NCBI GenBank assembly: GCA_002633005.1
Contig: NMRA01000683.1
Coordinates: 76,657 to 140,656, forward strand
Direction: 5' to 3'
Source: Phoronis australis
Taxonomy: Eukaryota; Animalia; Phoronida
Length of the DNA stretch: 64,000 nucleotides
Each line of letters begins with the position of its first letter. The stretch's first letter is position 1. Below the pieces are notes generated by a model, which did no database searches, was not told the origin of the DNA, and saw only the letters and a program-made list of their open reading frames with translations. This document shows positions 51,810 through 64,000 of this stretch, piece by piece. Position numbers and translations under genes: made by a program.

Positions 51810-54299
51810 CTACAAAAACAAAGGATAGAAGATAACATTGAGCTCATATCCACGTAGCATTACACATAAGGCATGATATGTTACAGTCAAATACCACCAA
51901 TGACAGACCAAACTAATCGTCNTTGACACGTTTGCTCTTCAAGCGAGAGTCTTGAACTAATTTTCTAGCCAACTAGCGATTTCCCGGCAAAATTAGTCAA
52001 CAAAGCTGACAATTACATGTACATTGTCCATTCTTCTATTCGGCCCTGCCCCTGACCCTGGCCCGATACCGGGAGTAGCCCGGCCTCTCATATCTTTTCA
52101 TCTCTTAGCAGCACTTTCGACACCCTATCAAACTACATGCTAGAAGCTCTTCAACAAAAAAAATTTGAACGTTAAAGTCATGTTACTGTACATGTATTTT
52201 AAGGAAAGAAATGGAATTTGGCTTCTGAGTGTTTGTTCTGCAATTACTGAAGTTTAGCCCCTATTAGCAGGCGTGTTTAGGTGACTTGCATAAATAAGTG
52301 TTTGTGTTTGTGTTTGGATAAATTATTACTATTTTCAATTGTTCCTATACTAGTTCATTTGTTCAATGTTTACCTATTGCTCAGACACTTGTTTCGCTAA
52401 TTCGATTTGTGAGCGGTGAATGTTATCTGTAGTACTCGCATATTCACGTGAAATAAAATTCAAAAATTGAAAAGTTTATCTTGTGAAAAATCTAAGTCAA
52501 TACTTTGTGTTGCTGACAGCGCACATTGTACATGCCAATTGTCCCGCTCATGGCGGACTACCCTACTTTTTGATTTTTCCGCCATCCCGCCANCTGCCGG
52601 ACCACCCAAAGGGCGATTACGAAAATTGACAGTTGTGTTCCTTAGGCAAGGACTCTGGTTGATGTTAATTTTCGGATTTTTTTACCATTCTGGAGCACCT
52701 TAAGGGCAATTTCGCTTCTCTGCGTCTGCGGCTGCATCCCTTTAACCCTTTGAAGAGTCTGCGAAATTTGGCATTTGGGCTTTTCTAGAGATGGCAACAA
52801 ATGACGACGAGTTTCAGACCAATCGGAGTATACAATCATGTAGCTGTGCCCTCTAATGTCAATTACTTTTGCCTCTATATCTTAGGAGTTCGATGGCTTA
52901 TTTTCATGAAATTTGGCAAATAGTTGGGTTTTACAGAGACGACGCTTCCTTTTCAATTCGCCGGGATTTGGGCATTCTGTGCCATCTAATGGCTATTTCA
53001 GGATACTAAACACGCCCATGGAAGCACATCGTTTGCGGTGTTATCGTGGGCACATTTCAACGCTCCGCGTTGCTCTTGCTTATATTAGTATTACCCCATT
53101 TTATTTTCACCTTTTGCTACACTATTGGTTTTAGAATAATATTTTTCAGTCTGTCAGGCATGCAAAATTATGATTATTTATGAATTAAATTACTTTATTG
53201 TTTGCTTCTGCTATAATCACACACCGTCAACAACTGATGAAGGGCTTTTTAATCATGCAATTCGATTAAAAAACTGCGGAGTTGCGGAAAGTTTTAGTGA
53301 CAGAAAATTTCATAGGAGTAACAACACCAGGTCAAACAAATGCAAACAAATGGCACGCACGCACGATGCAACCTCATCGGGTAGAATTTGGCATGCAGGG
53401 TCTACATGTAGATTTCTATGAAAACCTACTTGATGACTATCTCCGCCACCCGGTAATGTGAGCTACCAACAAAAAGGTTAGTTTTTCCATAATTATTACC
53501 TGCGGGATTCTCTCTACGGTCTATGGTTTCTTTTGCTATACATGTACAATGCAAAACAACTTTTGAATAGGACAGCCGCCTGACTACACACGATATGTTC
53601 GCAATACTGTAAATGGCGAGTAAACATGTACCCTGGTAATTGCTGGGGCTTTTTAAGGGATTCCTCGAATGTAACAAAGGCTTCAACTTGTGGAAAATGG
53701 GCTTATATTGGCTCACGACAGTGATCATCTCATTGATATCGATCGTAACGATATTCAACCGCGTTGACCATGACGGATACCTAACTATATAGCTGGCACC
53801 CCGAGGTTATAACTGTTTTGATCACAATCGCCGTTGTCGCTTGATCTCAGTTGAGACCAATAGTTGCATCAATATAATGATATATGACGTATGTTCAAGC
53901 AATTATCACCCTTGCCGCCAGTCTTCAGTTTATCACCGTTTAATCAAATATTCGCTATCATCATCAAATCTTTCCCATGAATAGCGTTTACGGTTCAGAC
54001 ACTTCACAGCTCCTCAATGCATATCCCATATTTTGTTTTGCTCATTTTTTTCACCCTGTCTCTCTTCTTTCTTTAGTTATCAACATAAGCATATTAATTG
54101 CGCAACAACCTACAAATTTACACACTGTTTGTCGCGGTATTAAACACAAGCAACCCTTGTCACAACTACAACGCAAAGCAGCCTTCACCCAAGTCATCTA
54201 AAATGGTTTCATTTGTTAGCATTCATCTAACAGAGTCTAACATCCCACAATGTCTCATTTTTATGACTTCCACAGTATACATTTCTAATGCATGATTTG

Positions 54300-55760
54300 T
54301 GGCATTCATTAATTAAAGTGCAATATGTATTGACTCTTAATAAAAAAAGTTTATTATAGGACAAAGCAGCACACTGCACCGATAAATTGCGTACAGTTGA
54401 ATACAGAAATTAAAGACGCCTTCTTAAAGACATAGAAATTTGCGTTTGAGATATTAACAAATCGACCACGTTGTTTGAAGCTGCCATAATTTCTTTCAAA
54501 CAGATTTTAATTAAGACGATTATTCTTAAATTGCTCAGCTTAGGAATTAGTCAGTTCTGGGATTGTTAACACACTCATTTTGCCATTGCTCAAGACCAGG
54601 CTCGGTATGTTGACATGACAGTGCACATGTAGGTCACTTTATGCACTGAGCAAGTTGGTAGGACCCGACGGCCTTCTTCGAATGAACTGGAGCTTTAATT
54701 TCAATCTGATCTATATTGATATTAATAAAGTGCGTGTAACAGTGAAAGAAAAGGTGTTTTGAAGCATTTATTCGTTCATATTCACACACAATATTCTTAT
54801 TGTTGCCTACGGCAGTTGAAAGCCGGTTTCCCAAACGGGTAAAATCGGAAGCTAGGATTCATAAAATTTACGCTCTGTGACGTATTTTTAGGCTATGACA
54901 GTCTTTCTACAAAATTGTGGTGCATTGCTATGAACTTCCGTTGTTAAATTACGATAATTTTTCAAAAAATTGTGCTCATCACAGGGCGAANNNNNNNNNN
55001 NNNNNNNNNNNNNNNNNNNNNNNNNNNNNNNNNNNNNNNNNNNNNNNNNNNNNNNNNNNNNNNNNNNNNNNNNNNNNNNNNNNNNNNNNNNNNNNNNNNN
55101 NNNNNNNNNNNNNNNNNNNNNNNNNNNNNNNNNNNNNNNNNNNNNNNNNNNNNNNNNNNNNNNNNNNNNNNNNNNNNNNNNNNNNNNNNNNNNNNNNNNN
55201 NNNNNNNNNNNNNNNNNNNNNNNNNNNNNNNNNNNNNNNNNNNNNNNNNNNNNNNNNNNNNNNNNNNNNNNNNNNNNNNNNNNNNNNNNNNNNNNNNNNN
55301 NNNNNNNNNNNNNNNNNNNNNNNNNNNNNNNNNNNNNNNNNNNNNNNNNNNNNNNNNNNNNNNNNNNNNNNNNNNNNNNNNNNNNNNNNNNNNNNNNNNN
55401 NNNNNNNNNNNNNNNNNNNNNNNNNNNNNNNNNNNNNNNNNNNNNNNNNNNNNNNNNNNNNNNNNNNNNNNNNNNNNNNNNNNNNNNNNNNNNNNNNNNN
55501 NNNNNNNNNNNNNNNNNNNNNNNNNNNNNNNNNNNNNNNNNNNNNNNNNNNNNNNNNNNNNNNNNNNNNNNNNNNNNNNNNNNNNNNNNNNNNNNNNNNN
55601 NNNNNNNNNNNNNNNNNNNNNNNNNNNNNNNNNNNNNNNNNNNNNNNNNNNNAACAACGTCGTTTTACAGCTTGTAAGATTCATAATAAACGTATTTTGA
55701 ATATTGCAATGCATGTGTTCCAAAATCTAAATAACTTGGGTCCTATATTTTTGTATTCGT
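54300..55760 (+). mobile_element. Highly degenerate CR1/L2-type LINE RT remnant spanning an N gap
   Basis: IHNKRILNIAMHVFQNLNNLGP resembles the CR1/L2 ORF2 C-terminus; upstream part only weakly recognisable. Confidence 0.4.
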
Positions 55761-57079
55761 GCGCGCCGATTGAAAGTAATCGTGAGTGTTGCTGTGTTGC
55801 AAAATCTCTTATCCTGGGCCGATTTGAAAAATTCAAAGTTGTACTCATATTTGTTTTCGCTCCTCTTTTCAAATATTACAGTAAAAACTACTTTTAACTC
55901 TCTCCATAAAAAGTACAGTCTGCTAGGTAGATTGTAATCAGCTGATCATATCCACATGAGCGAAGCCAATTATCCTCGCTCGTGACTCGATGAGTAGAGC
56001 AGCTTGGCGGCATCCCTTTGATAGTGAGCCGAGCGCAACTCAGCCAAGGTGGATAAATACGGTCTACTTCAATTTTCCATACCCCACCGTTTACCTTGAC
56101 GACCGGGGTTAGGACCAATCTTATTTAGTGGGACTGTTCGTAGCATGTTGGCAATTTCTTAGAATATTAATTTCTCTACTTTGTAATATTCAACTATTTC
56201 TGTTTTTAGTAAATTGAAACATGGCAAGCATTTCGCAAATATCTTTCAGTATGTAAGATACTTGTCAAAATGTTTGGTCCTGTGAATTTGGCGAATGCTA
56301 TGACCTCATTATAATAAATAACTTGAAATAAAACAGCCCAAAAAGATGCACACCGAAGCAAATGAACAATTTTTCAAGTAATTCAAAACCACTTTAATAT
56401 TGAATCATTCGTTAAGTGAACAACACAGCTTGGGGCTTTCCGTCACAACTCGTTAGTTAGCAAATATTTAAAACTGTCCGTCATTTTAATCGTTTTTTTA
56501 CAATTGACTAACCAAAGCCTTGAAGGTATTTACGGGATGTTTAGCAAAGTAACTACATTTTTATTGTTTCTTACTTTAAGATATTCACGTAATGTTATTC
56601 TCAAGCCGTAAAATTTCAAAACTTTTTAAAACGGATCATATGATTTTACGCTTTTCTTCATAATTTAGTGAAAACATCCGACAAAGATCTAAATTAAATG
56701 TAATTCCTAGTGTTGTAAATGATTCTCTTCTCTCTATTCTGTTTGTCTTGGTGTCTTGGTATGTTTTTACTGAGGGTCTCCATGGAAAGCGGTGAGAATT
56801 GGTGAGGCTACTCTCACTGCAAACATTACAATATTAAATAATTACATAAATAAATATATAACAAAATTCTTCATATTAAGTTTTTTTTCTCGACACAAAC
56901 GTCTGCCACTTCATAGCTCCGATCCAAGCGCATTCTTCTTTCTCTAGATTCGGTTTCAAACCCCGAAAACTTGTAGAATTGATTTATTGGATTAAGGGTG
57001 TTTTTCAGAAATTCAATAAAACAACCGAGTATAATTACGGCACCATCGGCATATTGCGTTATTCTATGAGATCTCGTAC

Positions 57080-58740
57080 CTACATTTATTCCTTTAACTC
57101 CAAAATTTTGCGCGTAGTAAACAAGATACCCATAATCTCAGCACACATGGTGAACAAATAAGGCGAAATTGGAACCCCTACCGGCACCAGCCACCAATTT
57201 CGAAGTACTCTAAATGAAAATTGTGCTGCTGGAACAGGGAAAGCTGTGATCCCATTTCATAATATCTTTTCCAAAATTGAAAAATAGGCACGATATACAT
57301 ATACATATTGACTACATTTCCATTACACATAATCAAATCAAACGTTTTCTCAAAATCTACCGCCATTAGTAATCCATGGATTTTGTGTGTTGAGTATGTT
57401 ACATTACATCGTAAACGTTTTTAGTATTATCTCCAATGAATCTGACCATGAGAAATCTCTTTTGATTGCCATGTACGAGGGGATCAGATACCAGTTTTAG
57501 GCACTGTGCAAGGCATCCAGATAAAACTTTTAAAAAGCTGTTGATGAACAGTGAAATAGGACGCCAGTCGGTGTTGTATTATCGACATTTGTTACCTTTT
57601 GTTAAGAGCACAATCGGTGAGAATAGGAGGCGAAGCACCTGTAACATATCTATTGTTAAATGATCGAATCGGGAAAGAGCAAATGTCTTACCAGAATAAC
57701 TTATACATCTCAATCGAAAAGGCGTCGGGATCTAGTAATATGTCATCCTTCATATTTTTGAAACCTAAAGCTTCCGCAAAAAATATTGGCCCGTTTTGTT
57801 AGTTTGGGACTATTAACATTACTAATATTTCTTATTTCATTTTCATTCACAACAATTCCAAGTCCAAACCTTCTAAAAATCATCTTTAGTTGAGACAGAT
57901 CTTTGTAAAAACTGCGAATATATGAACGCAATACCTCCTGATTTGTATGTTCATTTCCGTTGCGAACTAATTTAGTAATATTTTTGCCGACGGATGTTTC
58001 TTTTTTCTATATTACTGAAATATGTTGTCCGTTTTTCTTCTTGGTCTATACATATGGCACGAGTTCAGATAATGGCAACTTTCACGTTTTCCTCAGCAGA
58101 CAGATGTTCCGAAACATCACCAAAAGCAAAGGATTACGTATTTTCAGTTATTTCAAATGAAACAGTAATTTGCATTTCCAATTTTTATGTGAGAATCGTT
58201 CTTGTTTTCCTCCTTTTTCGTTTGCTAAACTGAATACTTTAAGAGCATGTTTTTAAAAGGAGCACTTCAAAAACGAAACATTCCTCAATTTTGAGGTACA
58301 AATCATCATTTGGAATACCATCTGTTGACTCTTTATTGTAAGGGGGTGCTCAATAGTCTTTCTTGTTGTCAAGAATAACTTGCTTTCACTAACGAAGCAT
58401 ATTCCAGAATCCCGGACCACGATAAAATATGATAGTCTAATAGAAAATACAATAGAAGAATGATCAGTTCTGCATCCAGATTCTATCTTAGAATATTCCA
58501 ATATGTTTATCAACTCCTCAGATATAAGGAAAAGTCGAAAATTGCTTTCTGTCAATTTTAGGCTTTTCCAAGTAAGCATGTTTTAGATTATTCTATCTCC
58601 ACTGGTCCGTAAGATAAATTGTGAAACAATATTTAAACATATTGAACTCGCTTCAAGGTTGTTGGTTAGTACGCACCCGTTGCAGGTGCTTGTTAATATT
58701 TAATCTTATCAAAACTCATGGTCTGTAAGCACCATCCGTT
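57080..58740 (-). mobile_element. Degenerate L1/Tx1-type LINE (endonuclease to RT)
   Basis: SGCRTDHSSI (EN end), DWRPISL, MAVDFEKTFD with many frameshifts. Confidence 0.75.
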
Positions 58741-60326
58741 CTTAAGCAGTCATAATGCTTAACTAAATGATACGTTTGATTTAGCTAAAATTTTTAAAAG
58801 TTTCCGATTTGCATGACGTCAAGAGTGGGTGGCTATTAATTTTGTGGACCAGACTTCATACACTATTGTCTACACTGCAAGGCCTTACCGTCAAGGAAAG
58901 GATATTTGATTTGACAGAAAAAGTTGTGTAAACTGAAACAAAAGACAAAGAGTCACCGATATAAATGATTCAACAAATTGTATTCGCAGCAGCAAAAACG
59001 AAGTAATGATTTCCGGCAACATCTCAATCTCGAAAACAAGCGAAATATAAAGTTGGTTGTGTTAACATGCAGCAAGTCTAAAGAGAACACTAAAGAGTCT
59101 ATAGTTGAGTCGAAAAATGACCCCTCGTGCACCCCCCGGACTTCAACATTTAAGTTGCCTTTTTATAAAGAAAAATATGCGTGAAGACCGAAAAAAAGAG
59201 GTCAACAAGTCGAAAAAGTGTCAAACGAGCCAAGTTTTTATCTCATTTAAGGATAAGATGTTTACAACATATAATACTAGCTAAGACTTTTTCCACAGTT
59301 TACCCAACCTTGGCTTATACGACTGTGCCCTAGCAATGCACGGTCGATTCACTCACGGCGAACCAAGTAACGAAGAACTCCAACAATCACGACCTTAACG
59401 CCTATTTCACCAATGTACAGTCAATTATAAGGCATCAAATACCACTAAGGAAGCAGTCAATAAAATACACTCATCAAACCATAAATCATTGAATAATTCA
59501 AGCATGGTAAATTGTGGTGAGAATTCGATCACCCATTGGAGAAAGCCCGTGAGGAGATCAACGTGTATTTACACACCAACTTTGAAAATGTTGGGTCAAA
59601 AGATCGCGTAGCTTGAGCTCAATAAAACAGATTAATGGACTCATGACTGTCACACAAGTGCCACCTTGAGTTCGACTTCACCCAAAAATAATTCACTCGA
59701 GGTATTGAAAAATGCTATCTCTAGCACGAATATGATTGGCCAACAAATTTCAGCAAGAAATAAGTAAGTCTCGAAAACAGTGAGTCAGACCAAGGAACGG
59801 GTTTCAGTATGCTGATGGCGCTTGAAACGATCTAGCGACAGCATACACAATTTCAGACAAAACCGCCAAGGGACGCCCTAAGATGCGACACAAAAACTCA
59901 ATTGGAGAATAGTGATCGAAAAATCTCGTGTAACTCGAGAATGGCAACAGTTAGAGCAGAAGACATAGCACATGACCATTAGCCTGTGATATGCTCCATC
60001 CAAAAACAATGTCACGTGACCGATAGTCAATGAAATGATCCCTCCATAGAAAAAAAGCAATTATTAGAATCTCTTCAGAGACAGGAAACTATGACTGTGC
60101 AAACCAAAACAGTGGAAAAAATGGCCACCACAACACCACCTTGCATCTATTTTCAAATAAAAGCAGCAGGCTTTGAGCCATTCACAAGACTTGTGTTGCG
60201 TTTGAATTTCACGTTGATCGAAAGCAAAATGCGACCTGTTGCGTTGGAAAAGAAAACTAAAACAAAACGGCAATAAATGCACAAATTGAGTGATACTTTT
60301 TCTATCTGTTTCTTCATAATGCGTTT

Positions 60327-60389
60327 AATAACCCCGGCACCATTGAATAACCCCGGCATCATTAAATAACCCCGGCAACATTCAATAAC
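60327..60389. repeat. 19-bp tandem repeat, 3.3 copies
   Basis: aataaccccggca(c/t/a)catt(g/a/c) x3 plus aataac. Confidence 0.9.
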
Positions 60390-60548
60390 TTATTTATCTC
60401 TCACTTTTCAGTGACATATATAACACTCGCCGTCTGGTAGAAACCTTTAGCTCCTTCATGTTGATGCTTTTGGACATACTTGGATGACGTCATATATCAT
60501 CACTCTTATAGCAACAAAAACGGGAATATTTGTCGTCTGCTCTGTCAA

Positions 60549-60755
60549 ATGACTAATAAATTCAATGAAGAAAATTTGCCAAGATTTGATGTTGTTTTAA
60601 CGGAGGAGCCGGACAAAAGATACTGTCCTCAGATAAAGCTTGAAGACGTGCAGTTGTTCGTGCAATCGAAGAAAAGTACAAACACGCAAAGCAAAACAGA
60701 ATATGATGTCAATAACCTTCGCAAAGAAATTCTCGGCAACTCGACCACATGTTGA
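60549..60755 (+). mobile_element. Crypton/DUF3504-like N-terminal ORF remnant
   Basis: DVQLFVQSKKSTNTQSKTEYDVNNL resembles the F..S.K..NT..KT..DV segment of CryptonA-type proteins; truncated. Confidence 0.4.
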
Positions 60756-61125
60756 AAAAACTTGTGGTCGTAATCTATGAAGCTTCGTAAGATGGTCTTA
60801 AAAACTTCCCCCTTCCACGAGTGTCTGCCTACTTAGGAACTCGTAGGGACTGGGAGATCCTGCGCAAACCTAGGCTTAATACGAACTTGGTGACTGTAAC
60901 TCAATGTACAGTAGGATTACAAACAAGTGTTATATCGATTTCAAATTAGTTACAGAATTAAGTCATCGACGAGACTTGGCCGATCGTACACCAGTCCAAA
61001 GCTTTCCTCTCTGATTCCCAAACAATAAAAATTGCAGGTGAAAAAAACACGACGACTTTAACTTTTTTGTCGTTTCTCATTACTTAGTTGCCAAATGACT
61101 AAAAATAAATTATGTCACTGTTAAT

Positions 61126-61581
61126 CATGCAATTAGTCTCGCAATGTCCCGTACCAAAAGAGACCTTTACCAACAAGAGCACCAAAACCAACAGCGACGT
61201 AAGTAAACTGGAGTGGGCTAACCATTAGCAAACTGTCTGTTTTAATGACATCTACAATTTAACAAATATAGAAGTGCGTCCTTAAGAACTTCCCCAAAGG
61301 GCTACACTCAAACACACATAGGTAAACTTTTTTGTTACGATTCGTGGAAAAGGTATGTGAGTCTTTTTAACTAGTGAACTTTATCACGCCACGCCATCAA
61401 ACATGCAATTAGTCTCGCAATGACCCGTACTACAATAGACTTTTACCAATAAGAGCACCAAAACCAACAGCGACGTAAGAAAACTATATTCAAACACCCA
61501 TAGGTAATTTTTTGTTGCGATTCGTGGAAAAGGTAGGTGAGTCTTTTTACCTGGTGATCGTGATCACGATACGCCATAAAA
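61126..61581. repeat. Local tandem duplication (277-bp unit plus an internally deleted second copy) upstream of the precursor gene
   Basis: catgcaattagtctcgcaatg...cagcgacgtaag at 61126 and 61402; tcaaacac.cataggtaa...gtgagtcttttt at 61308 and 61490. Confidence 0.85.
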
Positions 61582-61584
61582 CTC

Positions 61585-61780
61585 GGAATTTTCCATTCCT
61601 CATTTTTAAAGATGACAATGAACAAGACGCTTTTTCGCATTGAATTGTATTCATTGCCATGACGTGGATGTTTGGCCGAGATTTTTTTCACCGCCGTTGA
61701 TTATCTACAGCATAAAAACCCTGTGTTTGGCAATAGGCGCACACAGCTCAACAACCCCTTGTTGTGCATACTTCAGCAAG
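61585..61780 (+). promoter_or_regulatory. Putative promoter/5'UTR of the precursor gene
   Basis: kB-like GGAATTTTCC (61585-61594), TGACGT (61660), TATA-like CATAAAA (61711) 70 nt before the ATG. Confidence 0.35.
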
Positions 61781-61792
61781 ATGAAGCGTTTG
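61781..61792 (+). CDS. Coding part of exon 1 of the secreted precursor (MKRL)
   Basis: caagATG AAG CGT TTG/gtaaga; phase 0 join to 62489 gives signal peptide MKRLVVACVFLAVIGTMVFA. Confidence 0.7.
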
Positions 61793-62303
61793 GTAAGATC
61801 AGACTTCGACTTAACGACATTAGTGAAGATTTTGAGAAAACACGGGTACAATGCAACCGTTTATCTACCGCATTACCTGAAACCACCAACATTTTGTTTA
61901 TAAAAAGACATGTTAATAGGCGTAGTTGGTCATTTAATGAAGACTCCGTTTTTGTTTTTGGAAAAAAATTATTTTCAAACAGCTTTACTACAAAAAGCTC
62001 CACAAGGAGAAACAACATCCCAACTTTCAACATTTAATCCGAGATTTCCGATACGACCACTTTCAAAATATTGGAAATTTCTTCAATAACTTTACCGAAA
62101 GGTCAGATAAGTTTTCAAATTTAGCAAAGTGAGCACAGTGAACGTTAGTTAAAAATGGTCCACCGTTCCTAGAGTTCATAACGCTCTCATAGAATGTTCA
62201 CTTGTTTTTGTCGTAAAAAGGAGTCTTGTATTACACTTTTTATCCTATAGTTACATGTAGTCCTATAGCGGTCGAGACCGTCTTCATCTCTACATTTTAA
62301 GAT

Positions 62304-62379
62304 GGGCGCGCATGAGGCGAAATTCTGGATATTCCTGTGCCCTGCCCTCCCCCCACTCGAAATCCTGGATCCGCCCCTG
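62304..62379. mobile_element. 3' half of ATCCGCCCCTG-family MITE in intron 1
   Basis: gcgcgcat..ggcgaaattctgg.tattcctgtgccct...aaatcctggatccgcccctg as at 38068-38139. Confidence 0.7.
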
Positions 62380-62488
62380 CACTGTCTAACCCATTAGCTC
62401 ATTTGTTAATAAATGCTTGATGTAAACTGCGGTTAACCCTATATGTATCTGAACATTCATTTAAGTAATATCAGTCCCCTATATTTAG

Positions 62489-62823
62489 GTTGTAGCATGT
62501 GTGTTCCTCGCCGTGATTGGGACAATGGTGTTTGCTGTGGATGACAACCTCGAGGAAGAAATCGAGTACTCGGACGACAACTCCGTCGACGAAAAAGAGC
62601 TCGCAGATGACAACCCGATTGAGGAAAAAGAATTCACGGACGAAACCGACGGTGATCAAGCGGAACATCAAGTGGATGAAAAAGAAGAAGAGTCTGATTT
62701 GGAGGTGGAATCTAAACGCTTTACTGGCTGCCGCTCGAGAGAGATTACTGTTCGGAGATTCAAGCACTGCAGAATTCTCGGCAGTCCTATCAAAGCTAAA
62801 ATTTGCTTTCGTTTTCGGAAAAA
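62489..62823 (+). CDS. Exon 2 of the secreted precursor: signal peptide, acidic pro-region, KR site, first half of the cationic Cys-rich domain
   Basis: tttag/ acceptor, /gtaagt donor (phase 0-2); VVACVFLAVIGTMVFA-VDDNLEEEIE...ESKR-FTGCRSREITVRRFKHCRILGSPIKAKICFRFRK. Confidence 0.85.
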
Positions 62824-64000
62824 GTAAGTACATGTATGTTGGTAATTACGTTATTGTATTCCCTTTCGTCATGTTCATATTGCATTTTATATAAGGATGA
62901 AAATCATAACAAGTGCAAAGAATAAAATAGCCTTTTCTGTAAATTTAAAAGTGTATGTATGCAACTCTAGCATTTCACGAAAACTTTAAAACAAATCCTT
63001 TTAGAATAGCAATATGAGACGGAGGTGTAGATGAGAGTATATCAATTAATAAGTCCACAAATCAAAGATTAGACAGATTTGAAATAAACTCCAGGGCCTG
63101 CCTAAGCAAAGGTCGAAGGCCAAGGTTCATACCTCTGTATCACTCAACTCTGAAAAATGGGCCTAATGGCAAGTAATCACTGTACACGGTATTAAGTAGC
63201 TCTTTGAAGCCGTTTTGAGTGGATCCCAACCATCTGGCTTCTATTATTTTACCCTGAGCAGGAAAGTCCCCTATCTTCGAAAGCATTTCCTTTCCAGGCG
63301 GAATTTTTTTGATTCAAATAAACATAAATTCAGAAAATGGGAATTGCAAAAACTCTGGTTCGCAACGACATAGTTCAGTCGAATTTTCTCGACTTTAGAG
63401 GTCACGAGCCTTCGGAGTCGTGTGTCCACTCTGGGACCGAGGTAATCGTGAATTTGTGACTTTTTGAAGGACATTTCAATCCATTTTTGGTTAATTAAGC
63501 ACCTGCAACGTTGTTCAGAGGGAAATTTAAAGCAATGGCTTAGCTGAATTTCTTCCTTCGTGAGAAACCTACTGAGTGTGCTTTCTGCAACGTGTGAATT
63601 TTTGTCATGCTTTCTGAGAAAGAGTGATAGCAAGGGCTTTTGTTGGACCAGTTTGTGACTTGGAGGAGACCAACCAATAAAACTGTGGTCTTAGCCCAAG
63701 AGTTTTAACATTAAAATAACGTAGAAAATATATCGGAAACTAAATAAGGCGATCCAGATCCTCCCAAGGATACTATTGTTTCATGAAATGAAGAATATAA
63801 ATCGGTAAATAAAACAACAAGAATGGATCAACTGAAATTTGAAATTTTCGGATGTAACAACTTCCTTTATCAACAAAAACAGAAATAAAGTAAAATCAAA
63901 CACAAAATGACAATTGACATATAAGATATGGTGTAATGAAAATGATACATTTTTGCGTAAAAAATTCAATGACATATTTTAAGAAGTTTTTATGTTCAAT

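Noticed and set aside
60327-60389. CRISPR-like array
   Set aside because: Head-to-tail 19-bp units without spacers in a eukaryotic context.
60778-60792. Alternative exon 1 (ATGAAGCTTC/gtaaga, MKLP via the 62496 acceptor)
   Set aside because: 61781 gives a better signal peptide, uses the first acceptor and has a TATA-like box; not fully excluded.
63262-63373. Possible plus-strand exon 3 directly after exon 2 (KVPYLRKHFL...)
   Set aside because: Weak acceptor and no cysteines, leaving three unpaired Cys.

Overview
Eukaryotic, AT-rich, intron-rich draft-scaffold DNA with several N gaps; an invertebrate animal origin is inferred, not shown. (1) 2049-24845 (+): the last 17 coding exons of a TRPA1 channel (894 aa visible). 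(2) 36289-51809 (-): seven internal exons of PSMD2/RPN1, bounded by single-N contig joins. One PSMD2 intron carries an 11.5-kb, apparently intact Sola3-type DNA transposon (GAG...CTC ends, TTAA duplication, multi-exon DDD transposase) with asymmetric ends; 891 bp of its left end is repeated at 35397-36287. (3) The most novel signal is a 165-aa secreted precursor: signal peptide, very acidic repetitive pro-region (about -26), KR site, then an 84-aa, 8-Cys, very basic (about +25) domain with a Spaetzle/IL-17-like cystine-knot spacing. Its exons 1-2 are at 61.8-62.8 kb on + and a phase-compatible exon 3 is at 34.4-34.6 kb on -, implying a mis-oriented contig, inverted paralogs or trans-splicing. 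The rest is MITEs and Penelope, L1/Tx1, CR1/L2, Helentron-like and Crypton-like remnants. All family calls are from reading motifs by eye; no database search was run.
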